Virus record (IMG/VR): IMGVR_UViG_3300042907_001518
Location: 1 to 64,000 of that record
Source: a virus
Strand: one strand, 5' to 3'
Length of the DNA: 64,000 nucleotides
The notes under the pieces were generated by a model. That model searched no databases, had not been told where the DNA came from, and saw nothing but the letters and a program-made list of their open reading frames with translations. Numbering within the stretch: position 1 is the stretch's first letter; the number at the start of each line of letters is the position of its first letter. Positions 21,701 to 30,679 of the stretch are shown piece after piece. The translations under genes were made by a program, and so were the position numbers.

Positions 21701-23038
21701 ACGTACTAGTGCTGTAAATTCTTCTCTAACCTTAGCTATTTGATTAGCAATAGAAAGTTGTGCTGTTGCAGCGTCTTTACTTAATGACGCTTGTCCAGTT
21801 TGAGCGGTTTTTAAGGCTTGTTGAGCAACAGCGAATTGTTGAATAAGAGGAATAACTTTACCAATCTGACGGAATCCACCAAGCTCTTCAACGATTTGGC
21901 TAAACTGCAAATCTCTTGGGTCCAATCTACTCAAACCTTCACTTAATCTCTTGACTGCTTCGAATGGACCAACGAACTTACCCTCTAAATCAGTTAATGT
22001 TACTCCGAATTTTTCTAAAGCCTGAATAGTTTCTGCTCTTTGAACGCGGGTAAAAATAGTTCTTAAACCAGTAGCAATAGTCTCAGCGCTTTCACGAGTT
22101 GTGGCACGAACACTTGTGAAGATGGCCAAGAACTCATTGAGAGCATCTGTGCCTTCACTAACGCCCCTACTCGCTGTGGCAAACACACCACCGGTACGCT
22201 GAATAGCAACAATTAAGTCACTAGCTTCAACAGCAAACTGAGCAGCTACAGCATTAACACTACCTAGAGCAGATTCTAGATCTCCAGCACCAATCCCGAA
22301 CTGTCTCATCAACGCAATACTACCTTCGACAGTTTGATTCATATCGTCGAATGATGGTGCTAAACTACTTTTTGCTAGAGCTTCAAGAGCTTTTCTAGTG
22401 TCTGCTGCACTAAGACCGGCCTGAGCAAGAGTAACAGCGACTGTTGTTAATTCTGATGAACTTACACCAAGAGATGTTGCAAGTTTTGTAATTTGATCAG
22501 CCAACCCTTGAAGCCCTTTAGCCGACTCACCTGTTACCTGTTGCAATCTAACAAACTCTTTATCGAAAGTAATAAAATCAGAGATACCTTGACGTAAGGC
22601 TCCGGTGAAAGCATATATGCTGCTAGTAACCACGGTAAAAGCAGCGAATCGTCTTACTGCTAAAGCAGACTGTCTACCAAACTCTTGCATTTGTGTGGCT
22701 GCTCTACCAGCATTATTTCCAACATTATTAATATTTTGAGTAGCATTATTCAAGCCCTGCTGTGTATTGCGTCCAATAACATTATTAAAGGATTGTCCCA
22801 AATTACGCAAAGCATCGCTTACAGAATTGGCGTTGGTGCTAGTGATTGATAAAGTACCATTAAGTGCTCTTAATGCAGTATTCATAGTTGTGATATTACG
22901 AATACTAGCTGGATTAATTCGAGGATTAATATTAACATCAACACTACCAAGCTGGCGACGAATATCAGCAACAACAGTTCTGATATTGGACGGTCCTCTT
23001 AAATTAATTTCTGCGGTAAGATTAAATGCTCTTGCCAT
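15731..23038 (-). CDS. Tail tape measure protein
   Basis: 2435 aa, Ala/Gly-rich and helical; TP901-type region (LAQAG, TRESAETIATGLRTIFTR); DTVPAMLTPGEFV motifs. Confidence 0.9.
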   Translation of the reverse strand: MARAFNLTAEINLRGPSNIRTVVADIRRQLGSVDVNINPRINPASIRNITTMNTALRALNGTLSITSTNANSVSDALRNLGQSFNNVIGRNTQQGLNNATQNINNVGNNAGRAATQMQEFGRQSALAVRRFAAFTVVTSSIYAFTGALRQGISDFITFDKEFVRLQQVTGESAKGLQGLADQITKLATSLGVSSSELTTVAVTLAQAGLSAADTRKALEALAKSSLAPSFDDMNQTVEGSIALMRQFGIGAGDLESALGSVNAVAAQFAVEASDLIVAIQRTGGVFATASRGVSEGTDALNEFLAIFTSVRATTRESAETIATGLRTIFTRVQRAETIQALEKFGVTLTDLEGKFVGPFEAVKRLSEGLSRLDPRDLQFSQIVEELGGFRQIGKVIPLIQQFAVAQQALKTAQTGQASLSKDAATAQLSIANQIAKVREEFTALVRSIGESDSFRSFISLSLQLASGLIKLADAAKIVLPALTALATIRGLSALTQFGAGFAGAFGNAGGARGLGQRLGGGRRFASGGLVPGSGSRDTVPAMLTPGEFVIRKKAASAIGLNKLHGMNKYAGGGRVKSFARGGIAGAPMVDDILQTSGAILPKPSAIEALIRAGGGAIDIDRTLKRTIGDKAYSKAASSGAKTSVLNRYFNDETARLQDIKSSPLTGFGKSLQEAIRSGKLSPSKLSIISKSRRTRGVPEYLSQLFGIPVQNMIFTQGGNKQPALDAMRSKGPRAGRIGRYAQGGVVVDPSKIGAFFLRPEEGADRSPITIRGQGNIKNPLALKQLGIAPAANDAKAQALANAEIKTQQKLLGLQSDNKRKKIDVSKIIKNGKVLSTQSAREALYAADYTVAEVTQNFDPKAVQKRLRSGLKKGKLSVAGKIVPISGAISGYYPGKNDFETNSVASTVASNARKGLYNTVMKSIEPALSTLGNSVIGVDRKAATKGAKRIANDPNAQATTEGFIFEGLIQSITGAKLAGAQSNFDFPAGSIASARESLKNMFTDSSGEGLSTLIKADAKRSNTGKAIDSLTTKIINDINKGKFDGVNFVKYAKGGNVDTVPAMLTPGEFVINKKAAKKIGSSQLQNLNRADKISGFNKGGMVGGLQTFANGGGVQKFFAGGAVAAVISRVLPALANILPKIQNSFSTLKNTVTGFSNNLTTASRNVQQTGLIPSGSAGRNLMRQARAARAEGLSGQAFRDRMGGRGGMGGLGGFVALTAGGAAIEGASSLAGGESTTSGRMISNMGGDALNYGSIGATIGSFFGPWGTAIGGAAGALVGLTTGFFKAQKAAEEFAEKTRQAKIEKSSESISTLLDEFIKNPEANKENLDVGMADIFAELKSLAAQEAEKNLSKESLRTKTTTEIVTTQKAGSESATRILEAAMGKTGKTLDEVSASIDPKTFRILTQQIAQVSPEYIAKWQELVNETDPETQKELNGQLDDIRMKYSRVALAAKENEIIEKRRADEAAKIVKEIDKTLDIYRRANAYADKYAASLERLIKATDARTNDFSNAPKVQDVDRKNEEVLGNLSAFSFKEVRAAAGGVAGLAGGSPEAKALADQAVASKILADQLPALVKSTDITNRNQIKGNLTGLFQAQGINIETPEISKVLNDVGNRLIESSSDTDVDKLTKELEGTVISELSKTAQEGSQLLQKLTKTYNDTLQESINLQNKYNEAMGRSNEYMRKAGVIRLNAELDLAKALGNSPTLRQLNEPFEFEIKDLTKGLRDVGGLRANQAMDPAAIGLAMMRTSQENARLEAENAANLEKASGLGSDAAGNRQRADIAAANLSNVAALGKNKLALDEGRQALERLANDGTKAANALAKIQEEQQKVEGFGNFLEKVFTSSFDELFQMNRESAAFAAAQAQGPEFMRNAENRQLAFSGLNAQKELYSPQEFANLRADLLEKSLSAQGFQGQDFVGKLGMTVEEALNRIRGRVSEEDPNVIAYREAVNEQIKANEILGLLNKQQALIIQESMLDLQIFLAKDFPNILIQALADARADAGAANPKNLPVAVPPGGAVPPAAAAAAAAPVGVLPAPPAPGAGGVLDRLNAQKAQFEAQRVAIQKQIEEKMTKGAEAQKPDNANRVVQGAAPQAVVQANAQASKLQLLNAKQTFVEGEDAVTRAEKGYAPTAERKAFVQQELIAARKRQRLGQKLPTDDSVISASSFELKNIAEADKAQKRKDYLLSQSPSQRKKLFTAAEKEPWGLEEHIGAEFGWDAPQVKGESKPLAQYQQSKLSLRQAAASRYRPEVARRMFPDLYQTQNATATAPTQTPSGTPQVAPLFSPTLEHPKTGNQYSVTFGSRNRDNDIVPTTGGPAGGNGFQIQLDPNAQAFLDSLSSTFSTFNTYIDKLSAVAATIPPKIELTGNYVLDVQISGAAAFEALEKRMKELAVSLVEPKLAALRDEVSTATGGQVKSSATMGSPSSGATSSQGQ

Positions 23039-23062
23039 AGTGATTAATTACTTTCTAAAAAA

Positions 23063-23098
23063 ATATCCCCAGAGCAGTTTGAGCCGCTTGGGGATATA
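23063..23098 (-). other. Hairpin between the chaperone-like gene and the tape measure gene
   Basis: ATATCCCCA...TGGGGATAT inverted repeat followed by a T-rich run on the - strand. Confidence 0.5.
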
Positions 23099-23122
23099 TT
23101 AGTATATAACGTAGAATAACAA

Positions 23123-23980
23123 TTAATTTGCTGATGAACTGCTAGAAGATGTTTCCTTAGTGGTGTTATCATTCCTATTCTCAGTATCCAGTATGATTGG
23201 TTGACCGTTTTCATCTAAAAACGGCTGGAAATCTAATAAATAATCACCCTGATTATCTACAGGATTACCGTCTTTATCAACGAACTCTCCCTTATCATTA
23301 ACATATCTACCATTTTCATCTACTAATCGACCATCATCATCTACCAAATGACTATTTTTATTAATTAGTCTTAGTTGATCATCAACGAACTTATACTGCT
23401 TCAAAAATCTATTTTCTGGTAATTTTGATTCATAGTCATTTTCTAGACCATAAAGCATACCAGCCAAATTTTGAGCAGCCAATATCGCTACTGGATCGGA
23501 TGACCTATTTAAATAATCTTCGTAATTCTTAAAATACTGCTCTTTAGTATCAGTATACACCGTGCAAGCAGAAACTAAGTAGTTAAATCTAGCATTATCT
23601 GCTTGTCCTTCAGCAGTATGGGTATCAAGATTAGTCTTAACTGCTATTAAATCGCGCAAATCATCTCTACTCTTTTTCATATTTAATGCGACTTTTTTAG
23701 CTTCTAAAATAGAAATACCACCCTTGGCCAATTTACGTTCACCTTCAAGAATATCGTTTTGTACTTTGGTAAATTGAGCTTGTTTGTTAGCATCCCACAA
23801 ACCCTGTTCCATGAGCACATCATCTAGTTTGGCTCTAACAACAGCCTTAGCCTTTAATGCTTCACTAAAATTTTGATTATAAACTTTTGTAGCCTCTCTT
23901 TGATCTTGTAGAGATGGTGCTTTAACGAATAGTGAAACTTCCTTATCATTGATAATTGCGGAGAATGATCTTGTTAACAT
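23123..23980 (-). CDS. Putative tail assembly chaperone
   Basis: Between tail tube and tape measure; VD.DG repeats near C-terminus. Confidence 0.45.
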   Translation of the reverse strand: MLTRSFSAIINDKEVSLFVKAPSLQDQREATKVYNQNFSEALKAKAVVRAKLDDVLMEQGLWDANKQAQFTKVQNDILEGERKLAKGGISILEAKKVALNMKKSRDDLRDLIAVKTNLDTHTAEGQADNARFNYLVSACTVYTDTKEQYFKNYEDYLNRSSDPVAILAAQNLAGMLYGLENDYESKLPENRFLKQYKFVDDQLRLINKNSHLVDDDGRLVDENGRYVNDKGEFVDKDGNPVDNQGDYLLDFQPFLDENGQPIILDTENRNDNTTKETSSSSSSAN

Positions 23981-23982
23981 AT

Positions 23983-24270
23983 TTAGTCCTCTTTCTTATT
24001 ATTATTAAAACGATAGTTATATTTTAAGATATTACCAGCTGCTATATCAAGATCTGATATTGCTTTACGTAATTGATTATTGCCATTATTGAGTATTTGA
24101 TTTCTTACAAAATCCCACCGATCCAAAAAATCCAATTCATTATCTGTTAGATCTTCTTCGTTTTTATCTTGACCCCAAAGATAACCAAATGTTTTTTCAA
24201 ATTCAAATAATGCGCCGATCATGGTTGTTTGAAATCTTTTACCTAGTATAGCTTTTTGAGTGGGGTCCAT
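23983..24270 (-). CDS. Hypothetical protein, tail assembly region
   Basis: 95-aa ORF tightly packed in the operon. Confidence 0.6.
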   Translation of the reverse strand: MDPTQKAILGKRFQTTMIGALFEFEKTFGYLWGQDKNEEDLTDNELDFLDRWDFVRNQILNNGNNQLRKAISDLDIAAGNILKYNYRFNNNKKED

Positions 24271-24273
24271 ATT

Positions 24274-25332
24274 TTATTTCCTATTTTTAAATATTTCGTT
24301 ACTTTGCTGCACAAGTGTTCTTTGTACATCTGGTAACTTGGTATTATCAATCATATCCGGATTAGACTGAATAACAGTATTTCTTTCCCTTATAATATGT
24401 CGTGATGTATTATCATTCAAGTTGTAAATATTATGGGCCTCTTCTTGTGAATTAGCCATTATAAATACTTCTCCAGCTTTATCTAATTTTTTCCCCTCTA
24501 ACATTTTTTCTGTGCGGTTTTTATTTTTATTTTTTTCACTTTCTCTGCGTTGATGAATCATCCAGCCATCAAAAAGATCATCGTCTTCTATTACATTATC
24601 TGGTGGACATTCAGGATGTTCATAAGCACTATCATACATTTTTGTTAATACAACCAAAGTCTTTTGTTCATCTGTCCAATTAATTGTGGCTTTATCAAAT
24701 AGATAATCTTTATTAGCCGACCAATAATTTCTCCACTGATCACTTCTAGCTATTATTCTATATGTTTTAATATCTATGGAGTCACCACCTATAAAATCAG
24801 ATAGCCTTGTTAATAGATCATAGTCTACGTCGTTTTGGGATTTAAAGACTAAACTATTATTTTCATCATATAAACTATGAATTAATAGATATTGATTTTT
24901 TATAAGCTGACTATATCCGTATGCTGTGCATTGGTCTAAACTATGCCTAATAACAAACTGTCTATTATATGCAGCATTTATATTTGATAAAGTTTTACGT
25001 AGACTTTTAAGTTTAGCAGGGTTTAAGAAATTCTTATATAGGTCTACTTTATTGTCTTCTATTTGTTTTTCAAGATTTTTAAGATTATCATCCCCATTGT
25101 ATGTCCATAGACCCATCGTGACCAATGTATCAACGATGGAATCGTCGGTGATCCAGTCGTTGAATCTATTGTACTCACACTCTTGTTGAGCATATAGATC
25201 CGCTTCGTATTTAATAGTAATATCCGGATAAATTAATTTATATTTTTTACCACTGTATATAAAGAGGTAAAATCCAGATAGTATGCGCGATAGATATATT
25301 CCGACTGTTCTTGGATCCATAGTCCTGTGCAA
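24274..25332 (-). CDS. Hypothetical protein, possible tail assembly chaperone
   Basis: 352-aa helical ORF following the tail tube gene. Confidence 0.5.
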   Translation of the reverse strand: MHRTMDPRTVGIYLSRILSGFYLFIYSGKKYKLIYPDITIKYEADLYAQQECEYNRFNDWITDDSIVDTLVTMGLWTYNGDDNLKNLEKQIEDNKVDLYKNFLNPAKLKSLRKTLSNINAAYNRQFVIRHSLDQCTAYGYSQLIKNQYLLIHSLYDENNSLVFKSQNDVDYDLLTRLSDFIGGDSIDIKTYRIIARSDQWRNYWSANKDYLFDKATINWTDEQKTLVVLTKMYDSAYEHPECPPDNVIEDDDLFDGWMIHQRRESEKNKNKNRTEKMLEGKKLDKAGEVFIMANSQEEAHNIYNLNDNTSRHIIRERNTVIQSNPDMIDNTKLPDVQRTLVQQSNEIFKNRK

Positions 25333-25369
25333 TTATTCCGTTGTCTTATAATACAAACCAGCCTAGGAA

Positions 25370-26482
25370 CTAAGCTGGGGTATATGTGCTATTAGCAAGT
25401 TGACTGTAGAAGTTGCCACCGCTGTGTGCAACAACGAAGTCGTTAAATGTCTGATAGCTATATGTTACACTTACGTTACCGCCACCAGTATCACCACCTG
25501 TGTAGTTAACACTAGTAAGTTTACTCTTGGTGCCGAGATAAATTCTTGTGCCTTCGCAGGTTTCCAAGAAGATAGTTTGGTCAAGAAGATTATGGCGACC
25601 ACTGCATTGTGGAGTATTAGCGTCTGCTACTGTTGTACCAGTAAGGCCAGCATAATAACCACTTTCTGTAGCGTTGATCATATCTCCTGTCACAGCAACA
25701 ACCTCAAATTCTGATGTTACTTCAACTGGGAATGTTACGTAACGATGATAAGGAGCGAATGTACCAAGTTCTTGGATTGCTTCACGACCAAAGTCACAAC
25801 TTACTGTGATGTTTTGGAAGTGTACAGCAAATCCGCTACCGCCACCAAGAGCGTTATTTGTTCCGCTAGCACTAATGCCTGGAATTTGTGTTGGGAAACG
25901 GCAATTTGCCATGTTTAGGAACTGTCTACGAGCAACACCCTGAGCGGCGATTGGAGCATCTGTATTATTAAATGCTCCTGTGAGAGTACCACCCCATACC
26001 TTATTGTTACCAACTAATGTCACATCCTCTGTGAAATTACCATCTACTGGGAATGTATAGCTTACACTACTAACATACATACCAGAGCATGTTAATGCTG
26101 AGATAGATGTGCCGCTTGAACTAACGTTTGAATCATTAAAAACTGCGAGTTGCATATCGCAACGAGCGTTTTGGCGACCCGGAATTGTGGGATTAACAGA
26201 GGTTAAACCAGCACCAATACTAGATCCTTCTTCTGTAGCGATTACATAAACAATTGGATAACCATCTAGAACCTTGTTAAGAGTAACTTCAACATCAGGA
26301 ACATTTTCAACGTTCTGATAAATGGCCAACTGTCCCATCTCGAACACTTGTTCTAGATTAAAATTTGTTGTGATACCAACAGTTTGAAGGCCGTGAACTG
26401 GTAACTTATCTGTGTTAAGTGTTCCAGCGGCTTGACCTAGTACAACCTGTTGAATTGCATAATAAATACGATTATTGGCCAT
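25370..26482 (-). CDS. Major tail tube protein
   Basis: Strong RBS, high-expression codon usage, LQTVGITTNFNLEQVFEMGQL motif, position after neck genes. Confidence 0.7.
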   Translation of the reverse strand: MANNRIYYAIQQVVLGQAAGTLNTDKLPVHGLQTVGITTNFNLEQVFEMGQLAIYQNVENVPDVEVTLNKVLDGYPIVYVIATEEGSSIGAGLTSVNPTIPGRQNARCDMQLAVFNDSNVSSSGTSISALTCSGMYVSSVSYTFPVDGNFTEDVTLVGNNKVWGGTLTGAFNNTDAPIAAQGVARRQFLNMANCRFPTQIPGISASGTNNALGGGSGFAVHFQNITVSCDFGREAIQELGTFAPYHRYVTFPVEVTSEFEVVAVTGDMINATESGYYAGLTGTTVADANTPQCSGRHNLLDQTIFLETCEGTRIYLGTKSKLTSVNYTGGDTGGGNVSVTYSYQTFNDFVVAHSGGNFYSQLANSTYTPA

Positions 26483-26570
26483 AATTAATCTCCACTGTAA
26501 TTTTAGATTTAAGTTAAATATGCCTATGGTGGTATATTGGTATTATTTAAGATACACTAAAGAAATAAAA

Positions 26571-27527
26571 TCAACTTGAAATTATCTCAACCGTAGCTCG
26601 TGCCATCCCTTGATGAAAATTAGCATGAGGACTATCTATTTCAAAAAGGCTAATATTTTTAATAAAACATTTTCGCCAAGGATAAGTTTGTACTAAATTT
26701 GGATACATTAATGCTCCAGCTTTAATATCTCCATTATAATCTAGTGGATATGCTTCATTTTGAGCTAAAGCATTAGTATCATATAGTTGTAGTGTTGAAT
26801 CTTGTTGAAGTCTAAGAATATCTAGTAATTTATTTCTATCATTTTTATTTTCTGCATATATATAAAAGCCTATGTCTTGTTCTAGCCATAATAAAGAATT
26901 GCCAATTTCATATGGTCGTGAACGAGATCTTGGAATTGACTCGATAACTATTGCTGGCAATTGAATTCTATGATTAGCACCAATAGACCATTCTCCATCT
27001 TCTGTTCTTTGTATATCAGCATTAGCAGTATTAAATGAGCTATATTGCAGAATACTGAACCACGGACTTTCTGAGGCTCTGTGGGTTTGAACAAATCTGT
27101 AACTATGCTCCACATCCACTGTTGATGATACTGATAGTGGAGTATTAAATACTACTCTTCCTAATGGATAATTAATAGTAAAATTACCAGACTTATTAAC
27201 TGTTGTTGTTTCATTAATTAATGCGGATGTTATCTGTATTGGTGACGTTCCACTATACGATGCTGATGATTCCCATACCCAATCTTTTCTTATTCCTTGC
27301 CACACACGACCATCTGTATATGCCGGATCATTTACAGAAATTAATCTATATGGATTATTTGTTCCATAAAGTGTAGCATTAGTTGTTTCAGCATCAAACC
27401 AAGAGCCAATATTTAGAAAAGACCAGTCAAAATACATTTTAAAATTAGCTTCTACTATATTTAGAAGAAGATCTTGTGATATATTTTCTATACCTTTAAA
27501 ACATGTATTATAATTGCAATTACTCAT
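26571..27527 (-). CDS. Putative tail terminator/completion protein
   Basis: QLPAIVIE..PYEIG motif; directly upstream of tail tube. Confidence 0.5.
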   Translation of the reverse strand: MSNCNYNTCFKGIENISQDLLLNIVEANFKMYFDWSFLNIGSWFDAETTNATLYGTNNPYRLISVNDPAYTDGRVWQGIRKDWVWESSASYSGTSPIQITSALINETTTVNKSGNFTINYPLGRVVFNTPLSVSSTVDVEHSYRFVQTHRASESPWFSILQYSSFNTANADIQRTEDGEWSIGANHRIQLPAIVIESIPRSRSRPYEIGNSLLWLEQDIGFYIYAENKNDRNKLLDILRLQQDSTLQLYDTNALAQNEAYPLDYNGDIKAGALMYPNLVQTYPWRKCFIKNISLFEIDSPHANFHQGMARATVEIISS

Positions 27528-28162
27528 GATTGAAATGCCTTATTAAGTAGGTTCTCTATATCATCGGTTACACTATCTATAGCTCTAGTGATCCAATTAT
27601 CAGAAGCTGTTCCAGCGTATGTTGATGGTACTTTCCATGGTTTGTTGCTGGGTTTCATTAAAGCGTTGCCTGTTCTAGAATATTGATTTGGACCTATTAT
27701 AACTTCATACTTATCAATAATAGTTTTATTTCCTTCTAATAATAACCATTCTAGCCAAGGTAAACTATATCCACGAGTAGAGTCTATTACCAAAGCATAG
27801 TCCGTATAAAGAACATCAGCATAATCAATTCTAATAGTATTAGCAGTAAATATAGCTTTAATTTTGTTACTAACTATTGTTGGTTTCATAGAAGAATATT
27901 GTATATTATCACACCATATATCTAATAAACCAGCTAACTTAACTCCAGGATCCGGAATACCAAATTCATATCTTAATTCTCCATTTAATAGCGATGAATA
28001 TTCTGGACTATTAGTTAGCGAAGTTCTGATAATTTGAGGTAGTTGATTTTTAATTATACTAATACCATTATCCATATATTTTGTGACATCAGATAATAGC
28101 GCTTGTAATATTCTATTACTTATCTCTTCAGTATTTTCTATTAATTTTAAAGAGAATCTCAT
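27524..28162 (-). CDS. Putative neck/tail completion protein
   Basis: LPWLEWLLLEG and NWITRAI motifs; synteny. Confidence 0.45.
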   Translation of the reverse strand: MRFSLKLIENTEEISNRILQALLSDVTKYMDNGISIIKNQLPQIIRTSLTNSPEYSSLLNGELRYEFGIPDPGVKLAGLLDIWCDNIQYSSMKPTIVSNKIKAIFTANTIRIDYADVLYTDYALVIDSTRGYSLPWLEWLLLEGNKTIIDKYEVIIGPNQYSRTGNALMKPSNKPWKVPSTYAGTASDNWITRAIDSVTDDIENLLNKAFQS

Positions 28163-28168
28163 TTAATT

Positions 28169-28834
28169 TTAGGTTTGGCTTGGCGTTGGTGTGGGAGTTC
28201 TTGTTGGAGTAAAACTAATAGATGGTGTTAGTGATACTGTTCTGGTTAGTGTTGGGGTTCTCGTTAGGGTTGGAGTTATGCTTGGAGTCACACTAATAGT
28301 AGGAGTTGGTGGAGGACTATACAAACCAGTTTTTTTCCACATAGCAATTAAATATTTATTATCACCCAAACCTACTGGATTGGGTTCTCCGTATAGTTGA
28401 AACACAGGATTAGCATTACTAGTATGATAAATAACTGTCATATCTTTGCATCGTCGTATCTGCGATAGATAATCTTTACTACATATGGTTTGAATATATC
28501 CATCTGGATTGTCTAACTGTGGCGGTGGATTAATCCATTTTTTATAATCCCAGATAATTGCTAAATATCCGTTGTCTGTTTGAGATCTGCCAGTTGATCC
28601 AGACCCATTGCAATATGGACAAATTTTACCTAAAGTAAATGCGACAGGACCACCACTTTTATATTTACCAGAAGATTTTTTCAGATTAACATCATATATA
28701 CAATTAGGACATAATTCAATATTAGTAATTCCATAGTTAAAAACACATTCTGTTGTTAGTCCAGTGGAAGCTAACAATAAATTTATTTGATTATTAAATA
28801 TACTTTGTAAATTAGAAAAATCCGGATAGGCCAT
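28169..28834 (-). CDS. Putative head-closure protein with two CxxC pairs and a Pro/Thr tail
   Basis: CPNC and CPYC motifs; C-terminal TPT repeats. Confidence 0.45.
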   Translation of the reverse strand: MAYPDFSNLQSIFNNQINLLLASTGLTTECVFNYGITNIELCPNCIYDVNLKKSSGKYKSGGPVAFTLGKICPYCNGSGSTGRSQTDNGYLAIIWDYKKWINPPPQLDNPDGYIQTICSKDYLSQIRRCKDMTVIYHTSNANPVFQLYGEPNPVGLGDNKYLIAMWKKTGLYSPPPTPTISVTPSITPTLTRTPTLTRTVSLTPSISFTPTRTPTPTPSQT

Positions 28835-28842
28835 AATTTATC

Positions 28843-29367
28843 TCATGAATAGAAGTCATTGTTTCCAACATTTCGGAATGGTCCAGCATTAAGATATCTT
28901 GGATCAAATTTATTATTAACGAATGGAGATAGAACAGCAGCCCATGCTGTGGCATTTTTAACATCCCAATGACTGGTAAGTTCTTCATACATTGCACAAG
29001 CCCCATGATCTATAATAGCTTGCCATCCAGATAGCGATCCTCCAAAGCTGAGACTAGCAGGACCAAGAGCGGTACGAATACCCTCAAAAGCAGCTTTTGT
29101 TCGAAATGTTCCCTGATCAAAAATACAAGCGGCTTTAAGACCAATTAGACTTAAAAATATATCATCTCCATTGGTGGTTGGATCAGGACTAATATTAGGA
29201 TTAATAATATCTATTTGATAAGGATAGTCTAAATTAACATCGAATTGCACATATTTTGAAGCAACTACTATAACCTGTTGCATACGCTCATCTGAGTACT
29301 CGTATGGCCAAGTAAGATCATTAATTAAAACACGAACAATGGTAGTAAGATGTTCTTGCCAGCTCAT
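28843..29367 (-). CDS. Putative head-tail adaptor
   Basis: VRVLIND...YSDE N-terminus typical of adaptors; synteny. Confidence 0.55.
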   Translation of the reverse strand: MSWQEHLTTIVRVLINDLTWPYEYSDERMQQVIVVASKYVQFDVNLDYPYQIDIINPNISPDPTTNGDDIFLSLIGLKAACIFDQGTFRTKAAFEGIRTALGPASLSFGGSLSGWQAIIDHGACAMYEELTSHWDVKNATAWAAVLSPFVNNKFDPRYLNAGPFRNVGNNDFYS

Positions 29368-29434
29368 AGTTTGGCCTTTTTAAAGATGTTTATAGAATAT
29401 TCCTAATATAGGAATACACCATAATATGATTGGT

Positions 29435-30679
29435 CTAATTATTTAGAAAGTATGCTTCTACCTGATTAATAGAGTTAATATCTGTGCATTTAAGCCTATT
29501 AATCGTCTCAACAGACACGGCATCCTCGTGTATCCACCAGTCTTCAAATGGACTATTTAAGTCTGGTGAGACATTAGGCACTACTAGAGTATATCCAAGT
29601 TGTTTGAGATAATCGCGTGATTTATCTCTATATGATCTTGTAATATCAACATAATAATCATGTTCATAGGTTATAACATTAAATTTATATTTATGAAAAG
29701 GTATAGATAGTAATGCTTCGTATGTGTTTCTAGGAGGCTCAATATCTAATTGTAAGTAATCAATAGTTGTTGTATCAGGAAAATATTTCCCTAATAGTTT
29801 TTCATAATTGATAATCAGAGCATCTATCGATAAAACAGGATTGTGTCTGTGTTCTCTATATTGCTTAATCCAGTTTTCATTATATTCTATGCCTATGCCA
29901 GTCCACCCAAATTTTTGTTCAAGAAGCGCTGTGTTATTATTCTTGAATGGTTCTGATGCTCCAATTTCTAAATATGTACCATTTGTTTTACCATTCAGAG
30001 CTGTTAATATAAACATATCTTGATATACTTGAGAATAGTTTTTGTCAATAGTATCTATACCATTAAAAGTAAATTTAAGTTTATTTTTAAAACTGTGATG
30101 ATATGATCTTATAGCTTGAGACTCTGGACCGCTACCAAGTCTAGATAGATTATGTTCTAGTAAGTTTTTATAATAATCTGATAATTGATCCACATAATTA
30201 TTTAAGATATTACGATACAGCTGTCTACATTCTTTTGGTTTGCCTATCCACCAACTGGCTGCGGCCTTTTGAAATAATAAACAATATATATCAGAAAAAT
30301 CTATTTGTGAAATAAATAAGGATTTTTGCGTACAGTGTTCTAAAGCTATAGAAGAGTATGTATAAACATTTATCCAGTCTGATTTAGATTCATAGTGTTG
30401 AGTTAAGAAAAAATAAGCTTCTGGTTTTTGTGGACATAGACATATAGCTTGTTTTAATAAACTTTCACAAGTAATACCTCTTCCGCCCAAATAATTATAG
30501 CACAAATATAAGCGAATTAAACACTCATATCTCAGATCAATATTTGTTGTTTTTTCAGCGCATCTTAAATAGTATGCTGCTGCTGGACTATAGTGTTTCA
30601 TATTTTCATAGAATGCTGCCATATTAAAATTAGCAGAATCATTTTCTGGATCATTAATATAGTCGTAAAGTTGTTTCAT
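29435..30679 (-). CDS. TPR-like domain fused to an FkbM-like methyltransferase
   Basis: TPR-like helical N-terminus; SQVYQD, YLEIGA, NNT.LLE...GW.GI.IE, IDYLQLDIE motifs. Confidence 0.7.
   Translation of the reverse strand: MKQLYDYINDPENDSANFNMAAFYENMKHYSPAAAYYLRCAEKTTNIDLRYECLIRLYLCYNYLGGRGITCESLLKQAICLCPQKPEAYFFLTQHYESKSDWINVYTYSSIALEHCTQKSLFISQIDFSDIYCLLFQKAAASWWIGKPKECRQLYRNILNNYVDQLSDYYKNLLEHNLSRLGSGPESQAIRSYHHSFKNKLKFTFNGIDTIDKNYSQVYQDMFILTALNGKTNGTYLEIGASEPFKNNNTALLEQKFGWTGIGIEYNENWIKQYREHRHNPVLSIDALIINYEKLLGKYFPDTTTIDYLQLDIEPPRNTYEALLSIPFHKYKFNVITYEHDYYVDITRSYRDKSRDYLKQLGYTLVVPNVSPDLNSPFEDWWIHEDAVSVETINRLKCTDINSINQVEAYFLNN

Noticed and set aside
23123-25332. Programmed frameshift in the tail chaperone genes
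   Set aside because: The ORFs have separate starts and I could not identify a convincing slippery site at their ends.
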